Virus record (IMG/VR): IMGVR_UViG_3300012344_000018
Span: 1-64,000 of that record
Direction: 5' to 3' (one strand)
DNA length: 64,000 nt
Source of the DNA: a virus
Lineage: Duplodnaviria > Caudoviricetes
Both the position numbers and the translations under genes were made by a program. The notes below the pieces were generated by a model. The model was not told the DNA's origin. It did no database searches and saw only the letters and a program-made list of their open reading frames with translations. Positions 20,123-29,859 of the stretch are shown here, one piece after another (position 1 is the first letter of the stretch; every line of letters starts with the position of its first letter).

Positions 20123-20473
20123 ATGAATCTTGCAGCTTATGATAAAATAGATAATAAAGTAGATAAATCAAAAACTTGGATTGACTATAAGAATAAACGT
20201 ATAGTTAGTAAGCAAATTAAATATAGAGCTTATTATGCTTTTGGTAAAAGATATAATCCTAATACTAATAAAGAAGAATTTTATCTTATTACTTCTGATA
20301 GTATTATACAAGATAGACCTTATGCTAAGACTATCAAAGATAATTATAATCGACTAAAGTATAATCTTGGTACTATATATAATGATTGTTTTTCTGAACT
20401 TGATAAAGATATAAGTATTAGTCTAGTTATTGATTCGTCTCAAAATGATGGTGAAGTCTATAGATTTCATTAA
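20123..20473 (+). CDS. hypothetical protein
   Basis: 116-aa ORF. Confidence 0.7.
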   Translation: MNLAAYDKIDNKVDKSKTWIDYKNKRIVSKQIKYRAYYAFGKRYNPNTNKEEFYLITSDSIIQDRPYAKTIKDNYNRLKYNLGTIYNDCFSELDKDISISLVIDSSQNDGEVYRFH

Positions 20474-20555
20474 TCCACTATAACCGCCCCGTAGAAGATA
20501 TTCGCATTCATGCAATTTCTTGATTACGTGAGCGGTTTTATTGTGTCTGCAATAT

Positions 20556-20611
20556 AATTAATCACAAATGATTATATTTGCTTGTAAACAACAAATTAAA
20601 ATATTAAATAA
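20556..20611 (+). promoter_or_regulatory. fixed-spacing intergenic element, copy C
   Basis: AATTAATC, 29 nt, then AAATTAAAATATTAAATAA, 2 nt before the ATG at 20614. Confidence 0.6.
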
Positions 20612-20613
20612 AA

Positions 20614-20748
20614 ATGAGTAATTATAATTCTGCTGAAGAAGACCCTCTAAATGGTTGTTGTGCTGGTTGTTTAATACTAGCTGCTCCTTATGTTCTTTTG
20701 TTTGTTTTAATGCTAATTTATTTTGGTATTAAACATAATGTTTTATAA
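20614..20748 (+). CDS. small membrane protein (44 aa, not in ORF track)
   Basis: MSNYNSAEEDPLNGCCAGCLILAAPYVLLFVLMLIYFGIKHNVL*. Confidence 0.55.
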   Translation: MSNYNSAEEDPLNGCCAGCLILAAPYVLLFVLMLIYFGIKHNVL

Positions 20749-20766
20749 ATTAATAAATATATAGTT

Positions 20767-22254
20767 ATGGTTGAAATTAAAGTAGGTGCTGAACCTAGAA
20801 TTAAACATTGGTTTAATAAAGCTGAAGGCTTTCATGTTGGTGTTAGTCGTGATGAATGGGGTTCTTTTAGAAGTAGATATAACCCTTATACTTTTGTTAA
20901 TGGTTATTTCTTTACTTATGGAGAATGGTTTGCTAAAAATCATAAGTTTAGTAATATCGAAAAATATTGGGAAGCTAATGCCTATGGAACTGATGGTTAC
21001 AAAGATGCTTGTTTTGCTGTTATAGATAGAAACCGAAAGGTTGCTGTAATTAAACGTGGTCATATATATACTTGGCAAATAAGTAGAGCTATTCCTGATA
21101 ATTTTACTATATATGAAGTACATCATATTCCTTGTTTCGACCCTTGTAATCCTAAAAATAAGAAAATACTTATTAAAGAAGTTGCTAGAACACTTATTGA
21201 AAGATATATGAATCATTCTAATGAAGAACTTAAAGTTCTTCATAGTAATAAAAAGTGTTGTAGATGGGATTCAGCTAATAATGATTTTAAAGATAAGATA
21301 AAGAAACAACTTGAAGATTTAGTAAATAAACATAGAATTGCTACAAAAAGTTCTTTGTTTGATAATGATGAATTTTATTATATAACTAGTCGTACAAGTT
21401 GGGGAAATGAAAATATAATAGGTAAAGTTCCTTATCCTACTATAGACCAAATTATAAATGATACTTATTATTCTGATAAAGAAAAAGAACATATAGATAA
21501 ATGTTCATTTTATTATAAGTATATATATAATAAGCCTACTGATTATAAATGGAAAGATGTAGATAAACTTTGGAATACTCTTTGCGCTGATGGTAATAAA
21601 TGGCAAGATAATTTTATTGAAGCCAGAAAAGAAGCAGAAGCTAGACTTGAAGAAAAATATAAAGCTGCTAAAGCTAAAGCGAGAGAGAATGAAAAAGAAG
21701 CTATTGCTAAATATTTAAAATCTATTGGAGTTAATAATATTGTTGATTATTGGAGAGAAAATAATGCTTTTGTTGCTACTCCTCATATATATTATTATGA
21801 TTGTTATATAGAAAAAGGTGCTATTTGTTGGACTAAAAGACTGTGTAGTAGAAACTTTGTTTTTGATAATATCCAACTTAAACTTAATGGTTATCTAGTT
21901 GTTACTAGTAAGGGTGTTGCTGTTTCTTTAACTGAAGCTATTAACTTCTTTAATATACTATATGTTCGTTATCTTATTCAAGACAATATTACTTATGTTG
22001 ATTTTACTAAGAAGAATATTAAGCTAGTATATTATCAACTAAGGCATATAGTATATAGAGAAAAAGTAACTGACGGAGGTGTTAAACTTGGATATAAAGA
22101 ATGGAATATTCAGATAGGTTGTCATAGTCTTTGGTTTGATGATATTCAGAATTTTGCTAAATATTATCATCTTGAAGATAGACTTGCTTTTCCAGTAGAT
22201 ATTGATTCTCAGACTTGTAGAAATAATCATATACTTCATACAATTAATAAATAA
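20767..22254 (+). CDS. hypothetical protein
   Basis: 495-aa ORF, central coiled coil. Confidence 0.8.
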   Translation: MVEIKVGAEPRIKHWFNKAEGFHVGVSRDEWGSFRSRYNPYTFVNGYFFTYGEWFAKNHKFSNIEKYWEANAYGTDGYKDACFAVIDRNRKVAVIKRGHIYTWQISRAIPDNFTIYEVHHIPCFDPCNPKNKKILIKEVARTLIERYMNHSNEELKVLHSNKKCCRWDSANNDFKDKIKKQLEDLVNKHRIATKSSLFDNDEFYYITSRTSWGNENIIGKVPYPTIDQIINDTYYSDKEKEHIDKCSFYYKYIYNKPTDYKWKDVDKLWNTLCADGNKWQDNFIEARKEAEARLEEKYKAAKAKARENEKEAIAKYLKSIGVNNIVDYWRENNAFVATPHIYYYDCYIEKGAICWTKRLCSRNFVFDNIQLKLNGYLVVTSKGVAVSLTEAINFFNILYVRYLIQDNITYVDFTKKNIKLVYYQLRHIVYREKVTDGGVKLGYKEWNIQIGCHSLWFDDIQNFAKYYHLEDRLAFPVDIDSQTCRNNHILHTINK

Positions 22255-22260
22255 ACTATT

Positions 22261-22930
22261 ATGACAAAGAATGATTTAAATTATTGGAGAAATAAACTTA
22301 AAGATGTTGTTTCTCCTGAAAATCTTATTACTCCTGAAGTTGTTGCTCTTCGTGACCAACAAAATAAGATGCTTAATCTTATGGCTAAGAAGAATGCCGA
22401 TTACGGTAATGCTTTCAATAAAGGTTGTGATGCTATGGGTGAAGCTTATGGTCTTTGCAGAATGTTTGATAAAGCTAATCGTTTTATTAAACAAGCTGCT
22501 GATAGAGTAAGTGGTTATTATAATCCTAATGTTACTGATGAAAGTATTTATGATACTATTGAAGACTTAGGTAACTATTGTGCTATGTTTTTAGCTTGGA
22601 TTAATACTATAAATGGTGATGGTACACATTCAATACCTTCTACGGGGGGGGTTGGATAAAGATAGTCCTAAGATTGAACTATGTCAACTTATTAGTACTA
22701 ATCAAGTTAAGCTTCTTAGTGAAATTGATGGTACTGATAATACTGACGAAATAACTATAGATTATGGTATTACTGGACTTTGTAAAGATAATGATAATTA
22801 TGTTTATAATGTAAGTGATAGTAGAAGTGAAATTCCAGTTACTAATAGAAAACAAGAAAATGTTGTTGCTGTTAGAACTGAATTAGTAAAGAATTTTAAA
22901 TATAATATTGAACAAGGAAATGGTAGATAA
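22261..22930 (+). CDS. DUF1599/nucleotide-modification-associated domain protein, apparently frameshifted at a G8 tract (22644-22651)
   Basis: KKNADYGNAF...DK..R...ES..DT..DL.NY pattern; ORFs 22261-22659 and 22613-22930 fuse into 222 aa if one G is removed. Confidence 0.65.
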
Positions 22931-23174
22931 AGAAAATGCACTTATTATTTTTACTATACTTCCAAATATTACTATGTTTGAAGATGGTGATTATGTAAAA
23001 GTAGATAAAGAAAAAGATGAAGGTTATATTCCTACTCTCTATTATTATGGTAATGAATATGTATTAGATTGGGTAGGAGAAGAAACTAATACTATTAAAA
23101 GCTTTAATGCTAAAACTCCTGAAGAAGTTATAGATAAAGCTTATTCTTGGTGTATAAATGAACAGTTACTATAA
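22908..23174 (+). CDS. hypothetical protein, paralog 1
   Basis: shares YVxxW...IK.F...T..EVIDKA..WC with the next ORF. Confidence 0.65.
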   Translation: MNKEMVDKENALIIFTILPNITMFEDGDYVKVDKEKDEGYIPTLYYYGNEYVLDWVGEETNTIKSFNAKTPEEVIDKAYSWCINEQLL

Positions 23175-23186
23175 ATATAAGATATA

Positions 23187-23471
23187 ATGGAAGATTATAA
23201 TGCTATTGATTTATTTTCTATAATTCCTCCTTTATATATTATATATAAAGATAATGATAAACATAAATATAAATTATCTCCTTTTGATGATGATGAAAAT
23301 GGTTTTAAACCTCTTCTACTTCATGATAAAGATAATAAATATGTTTTTCAATGGTGTAATGTTAGAGGTAAAGGCTTTATAAAACAATTTATTGGACGTA
23401 CTGCAAATGAAGTTATAGATAAAGCTATTAATTGGTGTAAAAAAAATAATTTATTATGCTTAGAGTTATAA
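23187..23471 (+). CDS. hypothetical protein, paralog 2
   Basis: tandem paralog of 22908-23174. Confidence 0.65.
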   Translation: MEDYNAIDLFSIIPPLYIIYKDNDKHKYKLSPFDDDENGFKPLLLHDKDNKYVFQWCNVRGKGFIKQFIGRTANEVIDKAINWCKKNNLLCLEL

Positions 23472-24424
23472 ATCCTGATGTAGAAATATGGCGTCAAGAA
23501 GGTTTTAGTATTGATGCTATTTGGAAGCATATTGCAAGATGTGCTAGAGTTTGTTATCAAAGTGTACCTAAAGATAAAAATGAAAGTCCTTATGACTTTG
23601 TAAAGAGAACTCTTCTTCGTGGAGTAGATGTTATAAATGTACCATATACATTTGATGATATTAGAGGTTCACATCTCAGTGTTCTTGAACATGGTACTGT
23701 TCATCTTAAATATCCAAGTTTCATGGCAAGAGCTGAAGCTCTATTTAGTGCTACTCTTCGTGGTAATAAATATTCTAAATGGAATATACATAAAGGATAT
23801 ATTTATGTCACTACTAATATGAGAGTTATCATTGAAACTAATTGGATTGACCAATTAGAGTTTATTGATAAAACTCCTAATTGTCCTTATTATTATGATA
23901 GAACTACTGTTAATTTTATTACTAACATAGGTGTTAGTAGAGAACTTAATAGACATCGTTGTCATAGTATTAGTGAGGAAAGCACTAGATATTGTAGTTA
24001 TAATAAAGATAAGTTTGGCAATAACATTACTGTTACTAAAGTTCCTTGGATAGATTATACTACTAATGAACTTAATGATGGTGATTGCTATGAAGGAAAA
24101 CTTAGAGCAGATTTTGAATTTATAAATGAAGAACATAATGCTATAGTTCAACAAAATACTATTTGTTGGACTGCTATAGATTGGTATCTTTATAGTCTTA
24201 GTATTGCAAATATTACTTATTGTAAACTTCGTGAACTTGGCTGGTCTGCACAACAAGCTCGTGATGTTCTTCCTCTTGCAACTAAAACTCAAGTAGTTCA
24301 TACAGCTTTCAATGATGATTGGAAACAATGGATTGAACTTAGAGCTGATGGTATTAGTGGTAAACCTCATCCTGAGATTCAAGAACTTGCTGTTAAACTT
24401 AAAGAAATGAATTATGTGGATTAG
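23456..24424 (+). CDS. thyX: FAD-dependent thymidylate synthase
   Basis: HLSVLEH, SRELNRHR..S.SEESTRY, ARDVLP, HPEI. Confidence 0.9.
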   Translation: MLRVINPDVEIWRQEGFSIDAIWKHIARCARVCYQSVPKDKNESPYDFVKRTLLRGVDVINVPYTFDDIRGSHLSVLEHGTVHLKYPSFMARAEALFSATLRGNKYSKWNIHKGYIYVTTNMRVIIETNWIDQLEFIDKTPNCPYYYDRTTVNFITNIGVSRELNRHRCHSISEESTRYCSYNKDKFGNNITVTKVPWIDYTTNELNDGDCYEGKLRADFEFINEEHNAIVQQNTICWTAIDWYLYSLSIANITYCKLRELGWSAQQARDVLPLATKTQVVHTAFNDDWKQWIELRADGISGKPHPEIQELAVKLKEMNYVD

Positions 24425-24632
24425 TATTTTAAATCATGCAACTGGTCAAATAGAAGTAGCTGACCTTTCAGAATATGAAAAAGAAACAGGTATTCATGAT
24501 GCTGAAGAATTAGTAGGTAAATGGCTTAAAGACAATAGTTTTCATAATTCATTTACTAATTATATGATTACTAATGATGAACCTGATATTTATGACCATA
24601 ATACTCAAAATTATATTGATATACAATTATGA
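24414..24632 (+). CDS. hypothetical protein
   Basis: 72 aa, overlapping neighbours. Confidence 0.65.
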   Translation: MWISILNHATGQIEVADLSEYEKETGIHDAEELVGKWLKDNSFHNSFTNYMITNDEPDIYDHNTQNYIDIQL

Positions 24633-25213
24633 TAGGTAGTCACAATAGTCTTTCTTATCTTCCTCCAAAAAATCTTTGGGGGAAGATTACTAAACTTTGG
24701 GGTAAATGTCAAGATAAAACTCTTGTTGAACAATATAATGCTGGAGTTAGATATTTTGATATTCGCCTTAATCTTTATCGTAATTGTATTGGTGAATTTG
24801 AATGGCATTTTGTTCATAATAAAGTTGATTATGGTCTTGTAGATTGTAGTCTTTGGAAATATTTAGGTGGTATTAATGCTTCAGTTAGAGTTATCTATGA
24901 CCAAAGAATTAAACCTGAAGATGCAGAAAATAAAACAAATCGTTTTCTAACTTATCTTTATATTATAAAGGATAAGTATAATGTTAATATTGATTCTGCT
25001 ATAACATTTTGGGATTGGAAAGAGCATTATAAACCTACTATTGAAGTTAAAGAATATCATGCTAGTGTTAGTACTAAATGGTATCAATATATTCTTGGTA
25101 CTAAATGGTTTTCTAAACATTATAATAGACGTAATATAGCAATTAATGCTTATAATGCAGTTCATGATTATAAAGTTTTACTTTTAGATTATATAGAATA
25201 TGGGAATGAATAA
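24629..25213 (+). CDS. PI-PLC X-domain (phospholipase C-like) protein
   Basis: GSHNS...CQ....EQ...GVRYFDIR. Confidence 0.7.
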   Translation: MIGSHNSLSYLPPKNLWGKITKLWGKCQDKTLVEQYNAGVRYFDIRLNLYRNCIGEFEWHFVHNKVDYGLVDCSLWKYLGGINASVRVIYDQRIKPEDAENKTNRFLTYLYIIKDKYNVNIDSAITFWDWKEHYKPTIEVKEYHASVSTKWYQYILGTKWFSKHYNRRNIAINAYNAVHDYKVLLLDYIEYGNE

Positions 25214-25400
25214 ACAATGTTACTTTGGACTTCATCATTATGAAATCCATAAAGAATTAGAAGTTAAAGATTCTAATGATACAACTGTAGGAATAAATAT
25301 TGTTTCTCGTTGTAGTAATTGTGGTAAAATTAAAGTTGAATTTGTAGCTACTAATGCTGATTATTTAGTTGATAGTAGAGGTGTTAAAACTGGTAAATAA
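25200..25400 (+). CDS. small Zn-finger-like protein
   Basis: C.FGLH...RCSNCGK. Confidence 0.6.
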   Translation: MGMNKQCYFGLHHYEIHKELEVKDSNDTTVGINIVSRCSNCGKIKVEFVATNADYLVDSRGVKTGK

Positions 25401-25412
25401 AATATTAATATT

Positions 25413-26177
25413 ATGGGACAAAGTATTTTTGATATTGAAAGAAGTTATCTTGAAGTATTTGAAGAACTTGAAGATAATGGTGGAGAACTTACTCCTGAGC
25501 TTGAAGAAAAACTTCAATTAAACGAAGAAGAAGTTACTCGTAAAGTTAAGAATTATGTTGAGTATATCAATAAACTTAAAGCTGATAAAGCTGTTATTAA
25601 AGCAGAAAAAGACAGACTTGCTGCTTTAGATAAAAGTAAAGATAATACTATTAAATCGCTTACTAATCTTGTTTGTTATGCTATTAAAACTTTTGGTACT
25701 GAAGACAAGAAAGGTAAGAAATTCTTTGATTGGGGTAGTGGTAAAGTTAGTATTCGTCCTTCTACTTCTGTAGAAGTTAATACTAATAAAGTTGATAATA
25801 TGGTTGATGTTCTTAAAACTACTTTTGCTAATGGCATTTTTATGAACACTCTTCAATGTAATGATTCTATTGACATCAATAGTCTTATTGATTCTATTCA
25901 ACAAACTGCTATTAAAGAAGGAAATATTGAAGCTAGTGAAGTTGAAATTGATGATATGGATGATGTAACAATTAATGTTACTATTCCTATTCCAATGTAT
26001 AAACTTCTTAATGGAGCTGGTTATCAACTTATGAGACAAGTTGGTGCTGTAGATTCTTCTAATTGGGATTTTAAGCCTACTGTTGATAAGAAAGCTCTTA
26101 AAACTAAGATTGTTGAAGAAGGTTGTACTTCTAATATTGGTAAAGTTGTTATTAATGAAAATTTAAATATTAAGTAA
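25413..26177 (+). CDS. Siphovirus Gp157-like protein
   Basis: SIFDI....L......E..GELT.E, IKAE..RL, VDKKALK pattern. Confidence 0.65.
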   Translation: MGQSIFDIERSYLEVFEELEDNGGELTPELEEKLQLNEEEVTRKVKNYVEYINKLKADKAVIKAEKDRLAALDKSKDNTIKSLTNLVCYAIKTFGTEDKKGKKFFDWGSGKVSIRPSTSVEVNTNKVDNMVDVLKTTFANGIFMNTLQCNDSIDINSLIDSIQQTAIKEGNIEASEVEIDDMDDVTINVTIPIPMYKLLNGAGYQLMRQVGAVDSSNWDFKPTVDKKALKTKIVEEGCTSNIGKVVINENLNIK

Positions 26178-26178
26178 T

Positions 26179-26439
26179 ATGGAGATAAAGAATATTTATA
26201 AAGTTACTACTTCTTTAAAAGATAAAACTGGTAAAACTATAGAATTTAATATTGCTGGTAAAACTCTAGGAGATATTTATTATGATATTAGTTCTGTAAC
26301 TTATAATGGTATAAAAATAGAAGATTATATTGAAAGCGTTGTAAATACTAAACATAAAATTCATGCTCCTACTTGGGATGATAAAGAACTTAATCCTGAA
26401 TATAAACCTGAAGAAAATGCAAGTAAGCAAGAAGAATAA
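26179..26439 (+). CDS. hypothetical protein
   Basis: 86-aa ORF. Confidence 0.65.
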   Translation: MEIKNIYKVTTSLKDKTGKTIEFNIAGKTLGDIYYDISSVTYNGIKIEDYIESVVNTKHKIHAPTWDDKELNPEYKPEENASKQEE

Positions 26440-26578
26440 CTTTTGGCTTGATGATTTTATATATAATCTTCAAACTATAGAAGAAAATACTACTGATAGA
26501 CTTCCTGTCAAAATTGATGGGAAGTTTATTACTAGTATTGAAATAGAAAAAGGTGAAGTTAATATTAAAACTGTTTGA
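26417..26578 (+). CDS. small hypothetical protein
   Basis: likely start at ATG 26417 (MQVSKKNNF...). Confidence 0.5.
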   Translation: MQVSKKNNFWLDDFIYNLQTIEENTTDRLPVKIDGKFITSIEIEKGEVNIKTV

Positions 26579-26581
26579 ACT

Positions 26582-27637
26582 ATGAGTAAATATAATAAAG
26601 GTGGTCTTCCTTGGGCTATTGGTAAAGATGTTGCTGATTGTAAAACTGCTCAAGATGTTATGATTAAAGCTGGACTTGATTGGTCTGTTGCTAAATGTGA
26701 ACTTGTTGCTAAAATGCCATTTAGAATTAATGGTAATAATAATATAGACAATGATTGTTTTCAACATGATGGGAATATTTATAGAGATATGGATAATGCT
26801 TATGCAACTTATCGTACTGATATAAATTATCCTCTTGGTCTTGTTAAAGAAAAGTATGAAGTGGTTCAAAATATGGATGCTTTTAATTTCTTTAATAATG
26901 CTATTGGTGAAAATCTTGCTCAATGGGATAAAGCTGCTTGTCTTAATGGTGGAGAAAAAGTCTATGTTAGTGCCAAACTTCCTGTTCAAACTTCTGTAGC
27001 TAATAGTAATGATGTTGTTGATAATTATCTTATATTTAGTAATGGTCATGATGGTCAATCTTCTGTTGATATTATGATTACTCCAGTAAGAGTACTTTGT
27101 ACTAATATGCTTAATGGAGCTATTAATCAAGCCGATTGTCATATTCGTCTTCGTCATACTAAGTCAGTTAAAGAAAAACTTGAACTTGGTGCTCAAGTTC
27201 TTAAAGTTGCTTGTGAGCATGCTCTTGATGCTCAAGAACTTTATCGTCAACTTGCTAAAGTAACTATGAGAGATGAACAAGTCTATGAATATCTTTGTAA
27301 CCTTCAACTTACTCCTGCTGAGATTCAGAAATTAATGCAATATGATAATAAAAATGGTTATAAACGACTTATCAATAAAGATTATAGACTTCTTGAAGCT
27401 ACTGAAATATCTACTCGCAAAGCTAATATTCTTGCTAATATGTTTGATTATTATAACGATGGTATTGCTCAGAAAGATATTTATGGTACTGCTTGGGGTG
27501 CTTATAATGCCATTACTGGCTTTTATTCTAATGTTGCTAATCTTGAAGGAGAAAAGAGAATGACTTCTCTTGTTTGGGGTTCTTCTAATAGAAATATGAA
27601 TAAAGCTCTTAATAATGTTATAGCTTATGCAAGTTAG
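26582..27637 (+). CDS. DUF932-family protein
   Basis: AGLDWSV, LG.V...Y..VQN..AF.FF, NGHDG..S....TPVRV.C.N, IRLRHT, GTAWGAYNA. Confidence 0.8.
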   Translation: MSKYNKGGLPWAIGKDVADCKTAQDVMIKAGLDWSVAKCELVAKMPFRINGNNNIDNDCFQHDGNIYRDMDNAYATYRTDINYPLGLVKEKYEVVQNMDAFNFFNNAIGENLAQWDKAACLNGGEKVYVSAKLPVQTSVANSNDVVDNYLIFSNGHDGQSSVDIMITPVRVLCTNMLNGAINQADCHIRLRHTKSVKEKLELGAQVLKVACEHALDAQELYRQLAKVTMRDEQVYEYLCNLQLTPAEIQKLMQYDNKNGYKRLINKDYRLLEATEISTRKANILANMFDYYNDGIAQKDIYGTAWGAYNAITGFYSNVANLEGEKRMTSLVWGSSNRNMNKALNNVIAYAS

Positions 27638-27899
27638 TTTTAATAATAAAATCAAAACTCCTAAACATGATGTCGGAGACCATATTCTTTACTTTGACCA
27701 TGTTAAAGGTGAATTTGATTATGGTGATATAGTTCAAATTCAAGTTGTTAAAACTGAACAATATCAGACTGTAGCTTATGCTATTAATACTTCTGAAAAT
27801 ATTACTCTTCCTTGTGTTCCTGAAGAACTTACATTTAATAATAAATATGAAGCTGAATATTGGATTGAAGATGTTAAAGCAAAACTAAAAGAGATATAG
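27627..27899 (+). CDS. hypothetical protein
   Basis: 90-aa ORF. Confidence 0.65.
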   Translation: MQVSFNNKIKTPKHDVGDHILYFDHVKGEFDYGDIVQIQVVKTEQYQTVAYAINTSENITLPCVPEELTFNNKYEAEYWIEDVKAKLKEI

Positions 27900-27949
27900 A
27901 TTAAAGTATAAGCCTTCCTACGGGCGGGCTATAGATTCTCTAGTAACTT

Positions 27950-28108
27950 ATGTTACATATAGTACTAGAAGTATTAGAAGTGCTAGATAAACTAGAACCC
28001 CCCCGTAGAGAGGTTGATGAGTTAAAACTTCTTAGCTTTGATAATTATCTTGATGATATTATTGCTAGTTATGAAGATAATGATTATGTTTGTAATGGTT
28101 ATCAGTAA
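27950..28108 (+). CDS. possible small acidic protein (52 aa)
   Basis: MLHIVLEVLEVLDKLEPPRREVDELK...; contains motif copy 27998. Confidence 0.35.
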   Translation: MLHIVLEVLEVLDKLEPPRREVDELKLLSFDNYLDDIIASYEDNDYVCNGYQ

Positions 28109-28143
28109 TATAATACTAATATATTATATATATAGAGGTTTTA

Positions 28144-28243
28144 TAAGTATTTGATAATCAATAAGTTAAATAGCGATTTAACTTTAATTAATATCATTTT
28201 TCCCCAAGTTAATTTACTTAGCTCGGGGAAAAACCTATCTTTG
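28144..28243 (+). promoter_or_regulatory. IHF-like dyad, inverted repeat and -7 promoter element upstream of the RepL-like gene
   Basis: TAAGTATTTGATAATCAATAAGTTA matches WATCAANNNNTTR on both strands; inverted repeat tttttcccc...ggggaaaaa at 28197-28233; TATCTTTG at 28236-28243. Confidence 0.5.
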
Positions 28244-28273
28244 TAGCATGATATTAATTAAAGTACTGAAGCT

Positions 28274-28807
28274 ATGAATGAAGTTAATAATTATAATTCT
28301 ATTATGGAAGAACATAAAGCTAAGAATAAACTTAAAGGAAGTGATATTAAAGTAGATGTAGTTTACGAAGTATTTAAAGATACTGGAAAATTTGTTTCTA
28401 CTACTATTCATCGTTATTGTAGTAAGACTGCTTGTGACATAGCTTGCTATATTAGTGATACTATGCTTCCTAGTCAAACTAGTATCAAGTTTAATTCTAG
28501 AAATATAGCTGATTCTCCTATATGTAGAACAAAAGACCCTAAAACGATAAATGCAGCTATTAAAGAACTTGTTAATGTAGGTGCTATTATTAAATGGAGA
28601 GATATTGAAGGTATTCCTAATCCTCTAGATATTAGTAGAGATTGGTATTTATTAAATCCTTGTATGATTAAAGCTATAGGTTGTGAAGGTTTTAAAGAAC
28701 AAGCTAATACTACTATTAAACAAATAAATAATAGCAAGCATTTTGAAGTTAATGAATATTCTGCTATAGTATATAATTTTAAAAATAATTATGAAAGTAA
28801 AAATTAA
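28274..28807 (+). CDS. RepL-like (plasmid replication initiator-type HTH) protein
   Basis: HTH-like KTINAAIKELV...I followed by WYLLNP; position next to dUTPase. Confidence 0.5.
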   Translation: MNEVNNYNSIMEEHKAKNKLKGSDIKVDVVYEVFKDTGKFVSTTIHRYCSKTACDIACYISDTMLPSQTSIKFNSRNIADSPICRTKDPKTINAAIKELVNVGAIIKWRDIEGIPNPLDISRDWYLLNPCMIKAIGCEGFKEQANTTIKQINNSKHFEVNEYSAIVYNFKNNYESKN

Positions 28808-29219
28808 GAAACTAGTAGAGCAAGCTGTTGTTCCAGCTTATGCTAATCCTGGTGAAGATGCAGGTCTTGATTTGACTGCAACTTCTATTAAATTTGAAAA
28901 TGATTGTTGGGTTTATGGTACAGGTCTAGCTTTTGAGATTCCTCAAGGTTTTGTAGGTCTTGTATTTCCAAGAAGTAGTAATCGTAAGACTGAAGCTTAT
29001 CTTACTAATTCTGTAGGGGTTATAGATTCAGGTTATCGTGGTGAAGTTATGTTTAGTTTTAAGAACCGTGATATGAGAATTGAAGAACAACCTTATAATG
29101 TTGGAGATAGAATTGGTCAAATTATTATTATGCCTTATCCTCAAATTGAACTTGAAGAAGTAGATGAACTTTCTGAATCTCATCGAGGTAAAGGTGGTCA
29201 TGGTAGTACTGGTAAATAA
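28791..29219 (+). CDS. dut: trimeric dUTPase
   Basis: AGLDL, PRSS, GVIDSGYRGE, GDRIGQ, RG.GG.GSTG. Confidence 0.95.
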   Translation: MKVKIKKLVEQAVVPAYANPGEDAGLDLTATSIKFENDCWVYGTGLAFEIPQGFVGLVFPRSSNRKTEAYLTNSVGVIDSGYRGEVMFSFKNRDMRIEEQPYNVGDRIGQIIIMPYPQIELEEVDELSESHRGKGGHGSTGK

Positions 29220-29244
29220 ACAATTAATTTAAATAATAAAGATT

Positions 29245-29493
29245 ATGAAGAATTGGGTTAAAAGAATGGTTGAACAACACGCTAAGACTGTTGTTGAAAT
29301 TAATAAAACTGAGGCATTTCTTAATAATGCTGTAAAGGATGATAAAACTCCTAAGCACGTAGTTGCTAATATGGCTATTGTAGTTAAAAGCTTAAAGAAT
29401 TTAGCTGATGCTTATCAAACTATTTTGTCTAATGAGAATGTAAAGTTCACTCCTGAAGGAGAGTATTACGAAAAGGTAGCTCATATAAAATGA
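29245..29493 (+). CDS. hypothetical helical protein
   Basis: 82-aa ORF. Confidence 0.65.
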   Translation: MKNWVKRMVEQHAKTVVEINKTEAFLNNAVKDDKTPKHVVANMAIVVKSLKNLADAYQTILSNENVKFTPEGEYYEKVAHIK

Positions 29494-29783
29494 AGAAAAT
29501 AACTATTATAACTACTGATGGTTGTGCTGGTTGTAGTATTCAAATTAGTAATGTAAAAACAGTTCTAGAAAAGCATAAAGATGTTGCTCTAAGTATTATT
29601 CGTTTTGAATCTCTTACTAAAAAAGAAATTAATGAATATAGAAATAAAAGAGTCTATCTTAAAGACTTTCCTACTACTATATTTACTATAGATGATGTTA
29701 CTACTTTTAAAATGACTGGTTCAACTGCTATTCCTTGTATTGAAAGATATGTGGAATTATATTTGAAAAAGAAATTTGTGTGA
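29490..29783 (+). CDS. thioredoxin/glutaredoxin-like protein
   Basis: N-terminal CAGC and cis-Pro-like FPT motif. Confidence 0.7.
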   Translation: MKKITIITTDGCAGCSIQISNVKTVLEKHKDVALSIIRFESLTKKEINEYRNKRVYLKDFPTTIFTIDDVTTFKMTGSTAIPCIERYVELYLKKKFV

Positions 29784-29812
29784 CTGTTTATTCGTTTTAT
29801 TTATTTTTCTTT

Positions 29813-29845
29813 CTCCTAGTGCTTGTGAGAGTACTAGGAGTTTTT
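29813..29845 (+). terminator. intrinsic terminator (GUGA loop)
   Basis: ctcctagtgctt-GTGA-gagtactaggag-ttttt. Confidence 0.75.
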
Positions 29846-29859
29846 ATCTAATTGAAGAT

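Noticed and set aside
29776-29859. GTG-start N-terminal extension of the last + strand ORF
   Set aside because: It overlaps an intrinsic terminator; ATG 29860 gives a sensible signal-like N-terminus
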